Below, piece after piece: positions 12,991 through 25,099 of a DNA stretch of 64,000 nt. Source of the DNA: Heterodontus francisci (taxonomy: Eukaryota). Position 1 is the first letter of the stretch. Every line of letters begins with the position of its first letter. The stretch covers positions 6,014,001 through 6,078,000 of the forward strand of contig NC_090404.1 in the NCBI RefSeq assembly GCF_036365525.1, written 5' to 3'. Under the pieces are notes generated by a model that saw only the letters and a list, made by a program, of their open reading frames with translations, had not been told where the DNA came from and searched no databases. The translations under genes and the position numbers were made by a program.

Positions 12991-14374
12991 ACTTGATGAT
13001 GAAGGGTCGTTGCTAATTGAAATATAGATCAAGAAGAGAGGTCAGTGGACGCCAGACAATCAACGATTCAACTTACAATGTTAAAATCAGTCTGAGTCAG
13101 GAACTCTCAGGTATTCCCCCTTAATGTACAGTCTGGCCTGTGTTTAAAAGTTTGGCGATTGTTGATAGATCAAAGGCACAGATCGATTTCAAGCAATCAG
13201 TTGTTTGATAAATTTGATGGTTGTGGATCTATCAATGAAATAGAACCATCAATGGATTGAGAAACACCTAAGGGTTGAATTTTATGAGTGTGCTGCAATA
13301 TAAATGGAGCGGACAGAGCGGCCGCCCCCGATGACATAGAGGCGGCGGCTGCTCCATCCCCGGCAATGGCCTCCGACGCCACCACGCAGGCTTATAGAGT
13401 CATAGAGACGTACAGCAAAAATACAGGCTCTTCGGCCCACCGCATCCATGCCAACCATAATGCCTATCTATACTAATCCCACCTGCCTGCATTAATTCCA
13501 TATCCCTCTATGCCTTGCTCATTCAAGTACCTGTCCAGATGCCTCTTAAATGTTGCTACTGTTCCTGCCTCCACCACCTCCTGAGGCAGCTCATTCCAGA
13601 TACCCACTATTCTTTGTGTGAATTGCTCCGGCACAATTTTTAAAGGGCTTCAAGCCCTAAGCAAAATTTAAATTTTTGAATTCATATCATTGTCCCTTTT
13701 TCTAAAAAAAAGGTGGAGGTCCTTTCCCAAAATCCCTAATATTTTTCCGCCTATGTCACGAAAATTAGCTTTCTTTCCAACCCGAACTTCCCGACCGATT
13801 TCCGAAAGCAGGGAAGTTCCAACCAGCTGCCAGAATATCAGCGTGGGTCGGCCGCCGGGACAAGGTGAGTTAATTTCCATTCTTAATCTTTATTAACATA
13901 TTGAAATGAAGGCTCGCTGCCTAGAGGCGAGAGGGGTTGGAGGCTCGGCACCGAGGCCTCACCGCCACCGGTAAAATGCGGCGGAGTCTTCCCGGCGTCG
14001 GGGATCGTGGCGCGCCTCTCCTGGAAGAATTTTCCGGGCCCTCCTACCACGTTCCCCGACGACGGAGGGCGAGTAAAATTCAGCAAACAATGTTTCGGAA
14101 ACACGGTGAGGGACAGAAATATTGAGAAATACCATTTGTTTTGTAACATGACGGCCTGGGAATTACCTACGGATCTGGAAATGTCTATCCATCTATCTGC
14201 CACTATTTCTGTTCGTTGGCAGAGACAATTTGTTAGTCCTGATAGCAATATTGGGATACTGAGGGATATTGAGTGGGAATAGGAGCTGTGCAGAACCCAG
14301 ATAATATAAGGGGGGAGAGGTCCAATCGCGTATCGATCAACTCAGCACCATGCATCTTATCATATCTCTCTCTG

Positions 14375-14756
14375 NNNNNNNNNNNNNNNNNNNNNNNNNN
14401 NNNNNNNNNNNNNNNNNNNNNNNNNNNNNNNNNNNNNNNNNNNNNNNNNNNNNNNNNNNNNNNNNNNNNNNNNNNNNNNNNNNNNNNNNNNNNNNNNNNN
14501 NNNNNNNNNNNNNNNNNNNNNNNNNNNNNNNNNNNNNNNNNNNNNNNNNNNNNNNNNNNNNNNNNNNNNNNNNNNNNNNNNNNNNNNNNNNNNNNNNNNN
14601 NNNNNNNNNNNNNNNNNNNNNNNNNNNNNNNNNNNNNNNNNNNNNNNNNNNNNNNNNNNNNNNNNNNNNNNNNNNNNNNNNNNNNNNNNNNNNNNNNNNN
14701 NNNNNNNNNNNNNNNNNNNNNNNNNNNNNNNNNNNNNNNNNNNNNNNNNNNNNNNN
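14375..14756. other. Assembly gap (382 N)
   Basis: Run of N. Confidence 1.
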
Positions 14757-15724
14757 TGGGTAGATCTTCCAGTGGACTGTTGCTAACAGGGTGTCCAGAC
14801 GCTGGATGCATTTCCTTTCCTGGGATACGGGAACAGTTCACATAGTTCCAAAAACTGAAAAAATAAAATTGACTCCAGTATTGTTGCTGGGTAGATTCGC
14901 TTATGAATAGGCCTCATTGACAACGTTAGGGGGTTGAAGTTGGCTTACTGCCAAGCGGTCAGTAATGAGGAAACAGATCTTTGATTTACTGCACAGAACC
15001 CCCAGATGCTTCCTGTAAGTGACAGTGGGTGTTCGAGCCTCCCTGACAGCAGTCGGCTGGGTTGCTGCCAAATACTGTACCGGGCAGATTAGCGAGAATA
15101 TGAATGGGAGAAGATAGGATTTAACCATTCTAACATTAAGTTATTCAGCCGCACAAAAAATACACGTTTTGCATCTTATTACATCTACAGAGTTATTTTC
15201 AGAAAATTGCAAACTCAAAATAACATAAAATAGAATCAGACAATATCCTATTTACTGAAATTATTTGCAAATAAAGATCATTATAGTTATTCAAAAGGGC
15301 TTATTCAGTACTTGATGAAATGTGGGAGAGAGATTTGAATGACCCCGACGCCCACACTGTAATAAGAGAAGTGGGAACTGCAAAATAAATAAAAATATAA
15401 ATGGGATTGCCTCGAACCCGGAGCAGTTCCTTGTGTGTCTCATTTAAACTGGAGGCTCTCGTATTATTGTGTAGCAGCCGCGTATTGCATTGTTTAATTT
15501 GCACTAATTTGGATTCCTTAACGACCCCTCTGATAGTCTGGCTACCAAAGAGTAGAGAAATTCTCAGTTTAGGATCTGCTTCAACGGCAGATAAAGCATT
15601 TATTCTGGTGATATTATGTAATATGCCGCTAAGTCCTGATATACTGTGTCCCTGATAACAGTGCATGTTACACGGTCTGTTGCTATAAAGTTAGCTGCAA
15701 TAATTTGGATGCTGACAGATAGCT

Positions 15725-18545
15725 TTACGAACATACAAATACAAGAATTAGGAGCAGGAGTAGCCCACTCGGCCCCTCGAACCTGCTCCGCCATTCAACA
15801 CGGTCATGGCTGCTCTGTTTGTAACGCACAACTCCACATTTCCAATAACCTTTCACCCCTTTGCATATCAAGAATCTATCTACCCCTGCCTTAAAAATAT
15901 TCAAAGACTCTGCTTCCACTACCTTTTGATGGAGAGTTCCAAAGAACAAAAGAACAAAGAACAAAGAACAGGACAGCACAGGAACAGGACATTCGGACAT
16001 CGAATTCTGGGCAGATCTTGATGCCTGCCTAAACTAACACCTTCTGCACTTCCGGGGCCCATATCCCTTTATTCCCTTCCTATTCATGTATTTGTCAAGA
16101 TGTCTCTTAAACGTCTCTATGGTACCTGCTTCCACCACCTCCCCCAGCAGCAAGTTCCAGGCACTCACCACCCTCTGCGTAAAATACTTGCCTCGCACAT
16201 CCCCTCTAAACTTTGTCCCTCGCACCGTAAACCTATGTCCCCTAGTAACTGACTCTTCCACCCTGGGAAAAAGCTTTTGACTATCCACTCTGTCCATGCC
16301 GCTCAGAACTTTGTAAATCTCTATCATGTCGCCCCTCCACCTCCGTCATTCCGGTGAAAACAATCCGAGTTTTTCCAACTTCTCCTCATAGCTAATACCC
16401 TCCAGACCAGGTAACATCCTGGTAAAGCTCCTCTGTACCCTCTCCAAAGCCTCCACGTCCTTCTGGTAGTGTGGCGACCAGAATTGCACGCAATAAAGAC
16501 TCATGAACCTTTGAGAGAAAAAAAATTCTCCTCATCTCTGTCTTAAATGAGTGACCCCTTATTTTTAAACATTGACCCCTATTTCTAGATTCTCCCACAA
16601 TCGGAAACATCCTTTCTAAATCCACCCTGTCAAGACCTCTCAGGGTCTTATATGTTTCAATCAAGTCGCCTCTTACTCTTCTAAATTCCAGCCTGTTCAA
16701 CCTTTCCTCATAAGATAACCCGCCCATTCCAGGTATTAGTCAAGTAAATCTTTCTCTGACCTGCTTCCAACGTATTTATATCCTTCCTTAAATAAGGAGA
16801 CCAGTATTGTACACAGTAATCCAGATGTGGTCTCATTAATGTCCTGTATAGCTGAAGCATAACCTCCCTACTTTTGTATTCAATTCACCTTTTGATAAAT
16901 GACAACATTCTATTAGCTTTCCTGTTACTTGTTGTACCTCCATACTAACTTTTGCGATTCATGCACTAGGACACCCAGATCCCTCTGCAACTCAGAGCTC
17001 TGCAATCTCTCACCATTTAGATAATATGCTTCTTTTTAATTCTTGCAGCCAAAATGGACAATTTCACACTTTCCAACATTATACTCCATTTTCCATAATT
17101 CTGTCCACTAATTTAACCTACCGATATTCCTTTGTAGCCTCCTTCTGTCCTCTTCAGAGCTTACTTTCCTACCTATCTTTGTGCCATCAGCAAATTCAGC
17201 AACCATATCTTCCGTCCCTTCATGCAAATCATTTATATAAATTGTAAAACGTTGAGGACTCAGCACGGATCCGTGTGGCACACCACTCATTACATCTTGC
17301 CAACAATTTATGCCTCATCTCTATTTCCTGTGAGCTCGCCAATCTTCTATTCTTATCAATATGTTACCCCCAACACCATGAGCATTTATTTTCCACAATA
17401 ACCTTTGATGTGGCACCTAATCAAATGCCTTCTGGAAATCTAAGTACAATGCATCCACCACTTCTCCTTTATCCACAGCACGCGTTACTTCTTCAAAGAA
17501 CTCCAGTAAATTGGTGAAACACGAATTCCCTTTCACAAAACCATGTTGACTCTACCTGATTACCTTGAATATTCCTAAGTGCCCTGCTATAATGTTTTTA
17601 ACAATAGCTTCCAACATTTCCCCTAAGACAAATGTTAAGCTAACTGGCCTGTAGTTTCCTGCTTTCTGTCTCCTTCCCATTTTGAATAAATGAGTTACAT
17701 TGGCTACTTTCCAATCTAATGAAACCTTCCCAGAATCTACGGAATTTTGGGAAATTAAAACCAACGCATCAATTATCTCACTAGCCACTTATTTTAAGGC
17801 CCTGGGATGAAGTCCATCAGGACCTGGGGACTTGTCAGCCCACGGCTCCAACAATTTGCTGAGCACCACGTCCCTGGTGATTCTAATTTTCTTGAATTTC
17901 TCCCACCCTTCTATTTCTTGATTTAGAGCTATTTTGGGGATGCTACTTGCGTCCTCTATGGTTAAGACTAATGGAAAATATCTGTTCAATTCATCTGCCA
18001 TCTCCTTATTTTCCCTTATTAATTCCCCAGACTCACTTTCTATAGGACCAACCCTCACTTTGTTAACTCTTTTCTTTTAAAATATCTATAGAAACTCTTA
18101 CTATCTGTTTTTATAATTCCAGCTAGCTTTTTCCCGTACTCTAATTGTTCCCTCCTTATTAATCTTTCAGTCCATTCTTTGTTTTTTCATATTCTGTATA
18201 ATCTTCTGACCTGCCACCTATATTTGTGCAATTATAAGCTTTTTCTATAAGTGTGATACCAACTTTAACTTTTTTTAGTTAACCACAAGTAGTGGCTCCC
18301 CCCCCCCCCCCCCCCACCCCCCCACTTTGGAATTTTGCTTTCTCATTGGAATGTATCTATCCTGTGTAGCTAGCTCTGCTTTCATGCCCTGATAACCGCC
18401 CTTATTTAAGTTTAAAATACTGGAATTATACCCACCCTTTTCTCCCTCGAACTGAATGTAAAATTGACTCAGATTATGACCGCTGCCACCTAGGGGCGTC
18501 CTCACTATAAGGTCCTTAACTAATCCTATCTCGTTGCACAATATC
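15725..18545 (-). mobile_element. Decayed CR1 LINE ORF2 with a nested second CR1 3' fragment (~15945-16495)
   Basis: KSPGPDGLHPRALK, GNYRPVSLT, SGVPHGSVL and FADGTKIG peptides; nested copy ends in (AAGAACA)n tail. Confidence 0.9.
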
Positions 18546-19131
18546 GGGTCTTTGCTGATCGCCGTATGGGTTCTGATTCACGAGCTTCTCTTTTTCCAAA
18601 ACTGATCTGAATGATATGTGTCTCCATCACCTCACTCCTTAATTATGAGACAAGCGGACTGAGTTTACAGCTAATTTGCAAAGGATTGTCATTGGGCTGC
18701 AGAATCAGCGGTATTTAGAGAAATGCAAAGAGAAGCACTTATACAATGTGAAGAGTTTCTACTTATCTCAGGGCTCAAATCATGTAGATAACGCCAGCCA
18801 CAGTGTAAGCAGAATCGCGTTGTTTATCGCCCGAATTTAATCGCATAAAACGATTTTAAAAATCATATGAAAGGGGATACTTTATTTCTATAGAGGGATA
18901 CGTTGCCGGAGATGGTGTGTAATGCATTCGCATCCCCTGTGACGGTGTGGAAATGAAGGGGTTAGATTTACAACATAATTAGTTATTATGAACAGATTCT
19001 AAACTGTAAGATCGTCATTAGCACCAAAGATAACATTGCATTGAAATCATGCAGCCTAATGACGATCGCGATACAGATAAAACGTCCAACTTTAATCATA
19101 ACCTATTGTTAAAACATGAGTCTATTCTGTT

Positions 19132-19229
19132 AGTGATGTGGAAGGTGGGACGTGGATCCAGTAACCGCCTCGATCAGGGATTCGATAGGCGGCGCCTGTA
19201 ACCTCGCCCCCTTCTGCCAGGTATTTAAA
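19132..19229 (+). promoter_or_regulatory. VH promoter: TCR-decamer/CRE-like AGTGATGTGG (19132-19141) and TATA-like TATTTAAA (19222-19229); no canonical octamer seen
   Basis: Motifs ~190 and ~100 bp upstream of the leader ATG; shark IgH promoters are known to lack the octamer. Confidence 0.55.
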
Positions 19230-19320
19230 TGCCAGTCACTGGGACCGCAATACAACAGTCCGGGAGCCGGTTTGCTCAGTGAGTTCTTGTCAGAACCATT
19301 TACCCCGAATTGTCGAAAGG

Positions 19321-19366
19321 ATGAGGTCGGCGATTTTTCTCAGTCTGTTGCTGGTTTTCTTACCCC
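19321..19366 (+). CDS. IGHV: IgM VH leader exon (MRSAIFLSLLLVFLP)
   Basis: ATG, hydrophobic signal peptide, phase-1 donor C|GTGAGT, 130-bp intron ending TTTTACAG. Confidence 0.93.
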
Positions 19367-19496
19367 GTGAGTAGTTTTTTTTAAATTGTCCAACCATTCA
19401 CTGTTACTGTCTCAGTGTTGGTCTCTCTGAGGAATATTACAGAGACAGGAATCATTTCACCAGGATTAATCCTCTGGATTTTTGATATTTTTACAG

Positions 19497-19824
19497 GTGT
19501 CCATTCGGATGTCGTGTTGACTCAGCCAGAGGCAGAGACCGGGATTCCCGGTGGCTTCCTGAGACTGACCTGTAAATCCAGCGGGTTCGATATTGGCAGC
19601 CATGGCATGCACTGGGTCCGACAATTTCCCGGGCAGAGGCTGGAGTGGTTGCTTTACTACTATAGTCCATCCAGCAGCAATTATTCCCCAGGGATTGAAA
19701 GTAGATTTACTGCGTCTAAAGACATTTCAAAGAGCATCTTCGCTTTGGACATGAAGAACCTGAAGACTGAAGACACCGCCATCTATTACTGTACAAACAG
19801 CACAATAGCCCGTCTACTATGTAT
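19497..19824 (+). CDS. IGHV: IgM VH exon pre-joined to D-like sequence (germline VD/VDD)
   Basis: [15 protein letters not shown]...LTC...WVRQ...EDTAIYYC then in-frame [10 protein letters not shown]; no 23-RSS after V; followed directly by a 12-RSS. Confidence 0.92.
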
Positions 19825-19852
19825 CACAGCAGTTAACGGCAATACAAAAATC
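19825..19852 (+). other. 12-bp-spacer RSS (D-type 3' signal)
   Basis: CACAGCA + GTTAACGGCAAT (12 nt) + ACAAAAATC. Confidence 0.88.
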
Positions 19853-20172
19853 TCCTCCGCACCAATAGATTGAGTCTGGGTCAGTGCTGACTTTTACCAT
19901 CCAGCTGTATATGCGGTCAAGAGCTATTTGTGTTCAGCACTGTCCTACCAGCATGGTTCAGTACGGATTAACTGTGATAATTAATCACTGGATTAGTTAG
20001 AGTTTCACTGAGACAATAACAGTTCACGGATTACTCTATGAAATATTTATAAAGAGTTAAAATTATTTATTAACGTAATTATCATTTTATGGAGATCCAT
20101 CGTGACTTTACTTTCCATCTGGATTGGAGCATTTAAACTAATGCTGGATTTCTGTCTGCTCTTTGCAGAACA

Positions 20173-20211
20173 GGTTATTGTGTGGCGCAGGCCGGGGAAT
20201 GCAACACTGTG
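20173..20211 (-). other. 23-bp-spacer RSS of JH
   Basis: GGTTATTGT + 23 nt + CACTGTG immediately 5' of J. Confidence 0.92.
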
Positions 20212-20259
20212 ACTCTATAGCCTACTGGGGACAAGGCACCATGGTGGCGGTGACTGCAG
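20212..20259 (+). CDS. IGHJ: JH segment (SIAYWGQGTMVAVTA)
   Basis: WGQG motif, donor G|GTAAG. Confidence 0.95.
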
Positions 20260-21329
20260 GTAAGAAATATGCACTCATTCAGTAACTGCAGTTTTTATTT
20301 TATATTTCTGTTTATCTAAGTAACTTATTCCTTCACTGAAACATGGTTTCGGTGGATTCTGTATAAGATTGTAATGTTTCATGAATTCTGCTGGAAATGG
20401 ATTCGGGGATTGAATGATTTCTCCTCAGAAGTTGTTGTTGAAGAATTGATTGATGTGAATTGGCGATGAGATTATGTGGCTGGTTTATTTAACATTCCGA
20501 ATTGTTTGGCGTTTCTACAATGTTTAATCTGGGTGACATCCTGTCCTGCAGGCCCGATGATCTAATGCAAGCACTATGTGTTTAAATTTGTTTGAAATTA
20601 GATTGTCTACAGAAAGCTTTAGCAGTCAAAAATAACCTTCCGATATTTTAATGTACTTTTCTTTGTGACAATTAAATTATCAGTTAATCTAATGCTCACG
20701 AACACTCATATAAAATACATGAGCTGTTACTGCAATTGAAAACTACATGAATAACAATTTGGAGCTTTGCTCCGATTAAAAAATAATAAAACTTATAATA
20801 GAGAGTTATCACCTAATAATGCTAAAATATGCTATCGTCTCAAATAGAAATTTATTGGTCATGTTCCGCCTACTCACAATTCTGCTGCTAGCCTTTCATA
20901 TTTATTTTATTGAATAATTAATTACCTCAGTGATGAGCGAGTTCTGTAAATTCTGTGTTGAGATTTTTTTTTTTGAAATGTTACTTTTTTATTTGTTCTT
21001 AGAGTGTGAGCATCGCTGGCAAGGCCAACAATTAAGGCTCATCCTGATTATTATCCCAAAAATATAATCCATTGATAAAAAATGTAAGACTACATGACAA
21101 AGCAGCTCAAATTGGGCATTTCATAAAGTGCACTAAAGATCAGTTTCTTTCAATACAGTCTATGAGGTGCTTCACTACTCTTGCCACCCCAGGTTATATT
21201 TACCATGTACATTTTCATTACATGCCAAAAGCATTCTCTGATGCCTGCAGCCCGAGAGTTTTTGCACAGTTTTCAGTCCCTCGGTATAACTATGGTGAGA
21301 GGATTTTTTTTACACAGTGGCCTTTCTGA

Positions 21330-21662
21330 GCAGGTTGTGATGGGCCGCATGCAACTGAGTGGCTTGCTAGGCCATTTCAGAGGGCGGTTGAGAGTCAACT
21401 ACATTTGTGTGGGTCTGGGTTCACATACAGGACGGCAGATTTCCATCCTGACGGACATTAGTGAACCAAACAGGGTTTTACGACAATCCGGTTGTTTCAT
21501 TATTATTAGTAATGGGACTCGTATTTTAATCCAGGTTTATTAATTTATTTAATGTAAATTCCTCCAGTTGCCGTGGTGAAATTCGAACTCAGCTCTCCGA
21601 AGCATTAGTCCGGGCCTCTGGATTACTACTATAGTAACATTACCTCTATGTTACTATCCCCG
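21330..21662 (-). mobile_element. tRNA-derived shark SINE (same family as 8925-9242)
   Basis: Reverse complement contains GTAATCCAGAGGCCCGGACTAATGC and a B-box-like GTTCGAATTTC. Confidence 0.65.
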
Positions 21663-24385
21663 CCAATTGATTTGGATGACAGAGTTTATAGAAATGTGTG
21701 CTTCCCCATAAAACGTTGTGTTGTTCCCTCAGTGTTGCGATTTGCTGTTTAGGTGCTGCGGAAAGTGTAGATTTGGCTTACTTTGAATAAGTAACATTTG
21801 TGAAAGTGTTTTGGCTTTTTTGTATTGTTTAATCTCGGTGACATCGAGCGAATGCAGGTTTTCTGATCGGATTGAAAGATATGTGCTTAAAACAGTTTGA
21901 AAGACGATTGTAGGCAGAAAACTGGCAGCTTTCAGAAATGGGATATTTCAATATTTTTTTTAAATTTAAGTGATATTTGCAGTTTGAACTAGTCGGCCTT
22001 TGTTTACCACGTGCATTCAGTAAGTGAAATATTACTGCAATTGCAAGCTACATAATTAGCAAGTTTGCAGATTGGAGAATAAAGGTAATGTAATTTAAAC
22101 AATTATAATGCGACACTATTTCACCAAATAAAAACAATATGCCTTAATATTAATATCGATTCATGATTCATTAATCGCCTTTCACAATTCTTGTGTCCTG
22201 TGCACAATTAACGTGACTGGAAAATTTTATCGGCTGGAGACAATTATTAATAATGCCTGAAATTATTTCAATAAGAACATTCTGATTCCACCACTGCGTT
22301 CAGTTTGATGATCGGTTTTGAATTAATTGTTATATTCCTGATTAAAACAGATGAATGACAGTTTGATTTTACTTATAACTTCAATAGGAGTTGTAAATTG
22401 CAGTTTGTCAGTGTAATATATCTGTCCGGTTATTACATTCTTTGCGTGCAGCCCAAACCATGTTCTTCCTTCAATGTCATTTGTTGCTGGATAGTGAGAT
22501 AATTATCACTAATCTAATATTAACCATTTTCCTGAGGCAGGAAGTCGCTGGCAGTCAAATAATTGTTCATATGATTTTAGTTAAATTGTCAGACGGTGCA
22601 GACTGCCTAAGACTGGAGACAAAAAAATAACACCTTGAAATTCAAGTAGATGCATTTCATTATAAAAGGTTAATATTGGTTTTGAATTAAATAACAACAT
22701 CCTGTCTCACATAGCTGTGCTGCACACAGGATAGAATTATAGACAAAGAACAGATTATACCTGAGAGTTATGCTTAATTCTTATCAAATATTCAGTTGAT
22801 CAACAAAATCTCGACTCCATGCGCTGATTAAGTTTCAGCGTCGCAGATGAACTGAATGAATTGTTCTCCTCCAGTTTTACGGTAATCATTTTGGAATTTC
22901 TTTCAAGTAATTTGCAGGGATTGTGTGAATTACGGGACTGAAATATAAAAACATTGTCTGTATTATTAAATAGCAGCAGCGCAATTACAAATCGCAAACT
23001 GCCGGGGAATTTAAAAAATATATATTTTTGTATAGTCAAGATTTATGCCAACATTTAAACACGAGTGTCCTGCATCAGCAAACAGGCGATGTTACAGCCC
23101 TTCGGCAGTTAGTGAGATGTGATCCCGGCCAGGCTTGGAACGATTTAAAATATCCCACTCCTAAAGCTATCATGTGAAATACTCGCTGGGAATAGCCGGA
23201 GATTATAAAATATATCAATTTGTTCAGATACATGCGCAGTTTACAATTTTGTCGAGTGAAAGCAGACCAGGATTAGAAGTTATTGTTTATTTTAAACTAT
23301 TGAAATGAGATTCGATTCTAGTAAAATGAATTGTTAGAATGTTTTCATCTATTAATATGAAGTTAATTATTTTATATTGATTCAGTGTCATAATAATTTA
23401 GCTAAAAACAATTATTTCACAAGGCATCAGGCAGAAGCAGGTCTTGAATTCATATGAACTATTTTTAAAAATACAGTATAAAATCAGCTAACATGAATGT
23501 TAAGTTAGAATATAAAAGTAGTGCTAATTCATTGAGCGTAAATGACCTCCCACAATTCAGTAGTGTACTTGCCAGGATTCCAATGAGTGCACAATCTCAA
23601 GAGTTGGAGAGAATTTTAAATTATGCCAACAGCTTACACAGCTGTTCCCAGCTCGATAAGGTGTCGCCCAGATTTTAATGAATGAACCTTGTGTATTGTT
23701 TCGATTTTTTTTTTGCTTACGTTTAATTATGAAATTATATCAAATCAGTGGGTAATCAGTTTTTAGTGTAAACGTTTTCTGATTCCTTAAATTTTTACGG
23801 TGTCACTGAGCTCCTGTTACGGACATCAAACTACCCTGAATGTAAATTATTTTGATGTACTCATTTTCAGGGAATTATATCCTTCAGATTTTCAACATTT
23901 TAGCCAGACCTGGAGTAACAGTTGGAAGTCGAAGGGAGTTTTGAAATGAATATCAGTTTAATTTCAAATAATTTACATACATGGAGTGGTCACAATTTGA
24001 CAATTGATAAATTGAATCAAACAGCTTCATTGAAATTGACAGATTGAACAGATCTATCTGCTGAGAGCCCGATTGTTGCACCGTTTGTGCCTGTTCTGTT
24101 TCTGTGCACCTGCTCACTGTGCAGGCTGCCAGAGAGTAGCGTCTGTTCTGATCTGATGGGAGGCTGAAAGTTATTTTCACCATTTAAATGGAAAAAAATC
24201 TAGACTCCCGCTCCAAATAACTGTCATGATAACCTGATGTTTGAAACCAGTACTTCGTTCATGTATTTTCAAAAGTTGACAGGCAGTGATAAACTCGGGT
24301 GAGATGTGGTTATTGGACTGCGTCACAGCAGAGGGTGCAAAGTCACTGAAGTAAGCGCATGTGAAATGTTTGAAGTGATACAGTT

Positions 24386-24664
24386 TTATTTATTTTTATT
24401 TATTTTATTTTTATTTAGAGATACAGCACTGAAACAGGGCCTTCGGCCCACCGAGTCTGTGCTGACCAACAACCACCCATTTATACTAACCCTACAGTAA
24501 TCCCAAATTCCTTACCACCTACCTACACTAGGGGCAATTTACAACAGCCAATTTACCTATCACCTGCAAGTCTTTGGCTGTGGGAGGAAACCGGAGAACC
24601 CGGTGAAAACTCACGCGGTCACAGGGAGAACTTGCAAACTCCGCACAGGCAGGACCCAGAATCC
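24386..24664 (-). mobile_element. HE1/V-SINE, 5'-truncated, with CAGTT target-site duplication
   Basis: V-domain GTGCGGAGTTTGCAAGTTCTCCCTGTG...CCGGTTTCCTCCCACA on minus; CAGTT at 24381-24385 and 24665-24669; empty site in the paralog at ~59375-59395. Confidence 0.85.
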
Positions 24665-25099
24665 CAGTTAGCTTGCAATCAAAATAAGTTATGTCTCTGA
24701 CAGTACCTGACTGGCTCATTTGTATCAAATTCCTCAGATCCTTTTATTTTAAAAATCCACTTTCATTATAACAATCAAAATACATGTCACAATTTTTTTC
24801 AAATTTATGAAACCTTTCCTCCCATTAAATCGGGAAGAATTAATTCTACTGAGTCGGGTAGAATCATAGACTCTTGTAGCTCTGAATGCGTCCATTGGAC
24901 CCGTCATGCCTGTGTTAGCTCTCAAAGAGCTCTCCAATTTAATCCTATTAAACAGCTTTTTCCTCATAAACTTACAAATCATCCCCTTCGTGGAGATGTC
25001 AGGTTGCTTTGCGCATTCCATATGTGCTTGCAGAGAGACTGCACGGACACGACTGGTCGAACGGCCTGCTTTTGTGCTGTAGCCATTCTATGGTGCTAT

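Noticed and set aside
14233-14845. ORFs spanning the N run
   Set aside because: Artefacts of the assembly gap
19853-19873. Stop codon ending the V ORF as evidence of a pseudogene
   Set aside because: It lies beyond the RSS and would be removed by D-J joining
19853-20172. Free D segment between V and J (CACTGTC at ~19938)
   Set aside because: No nonamer at 12 or 23 spacing and no paired 3' RSS
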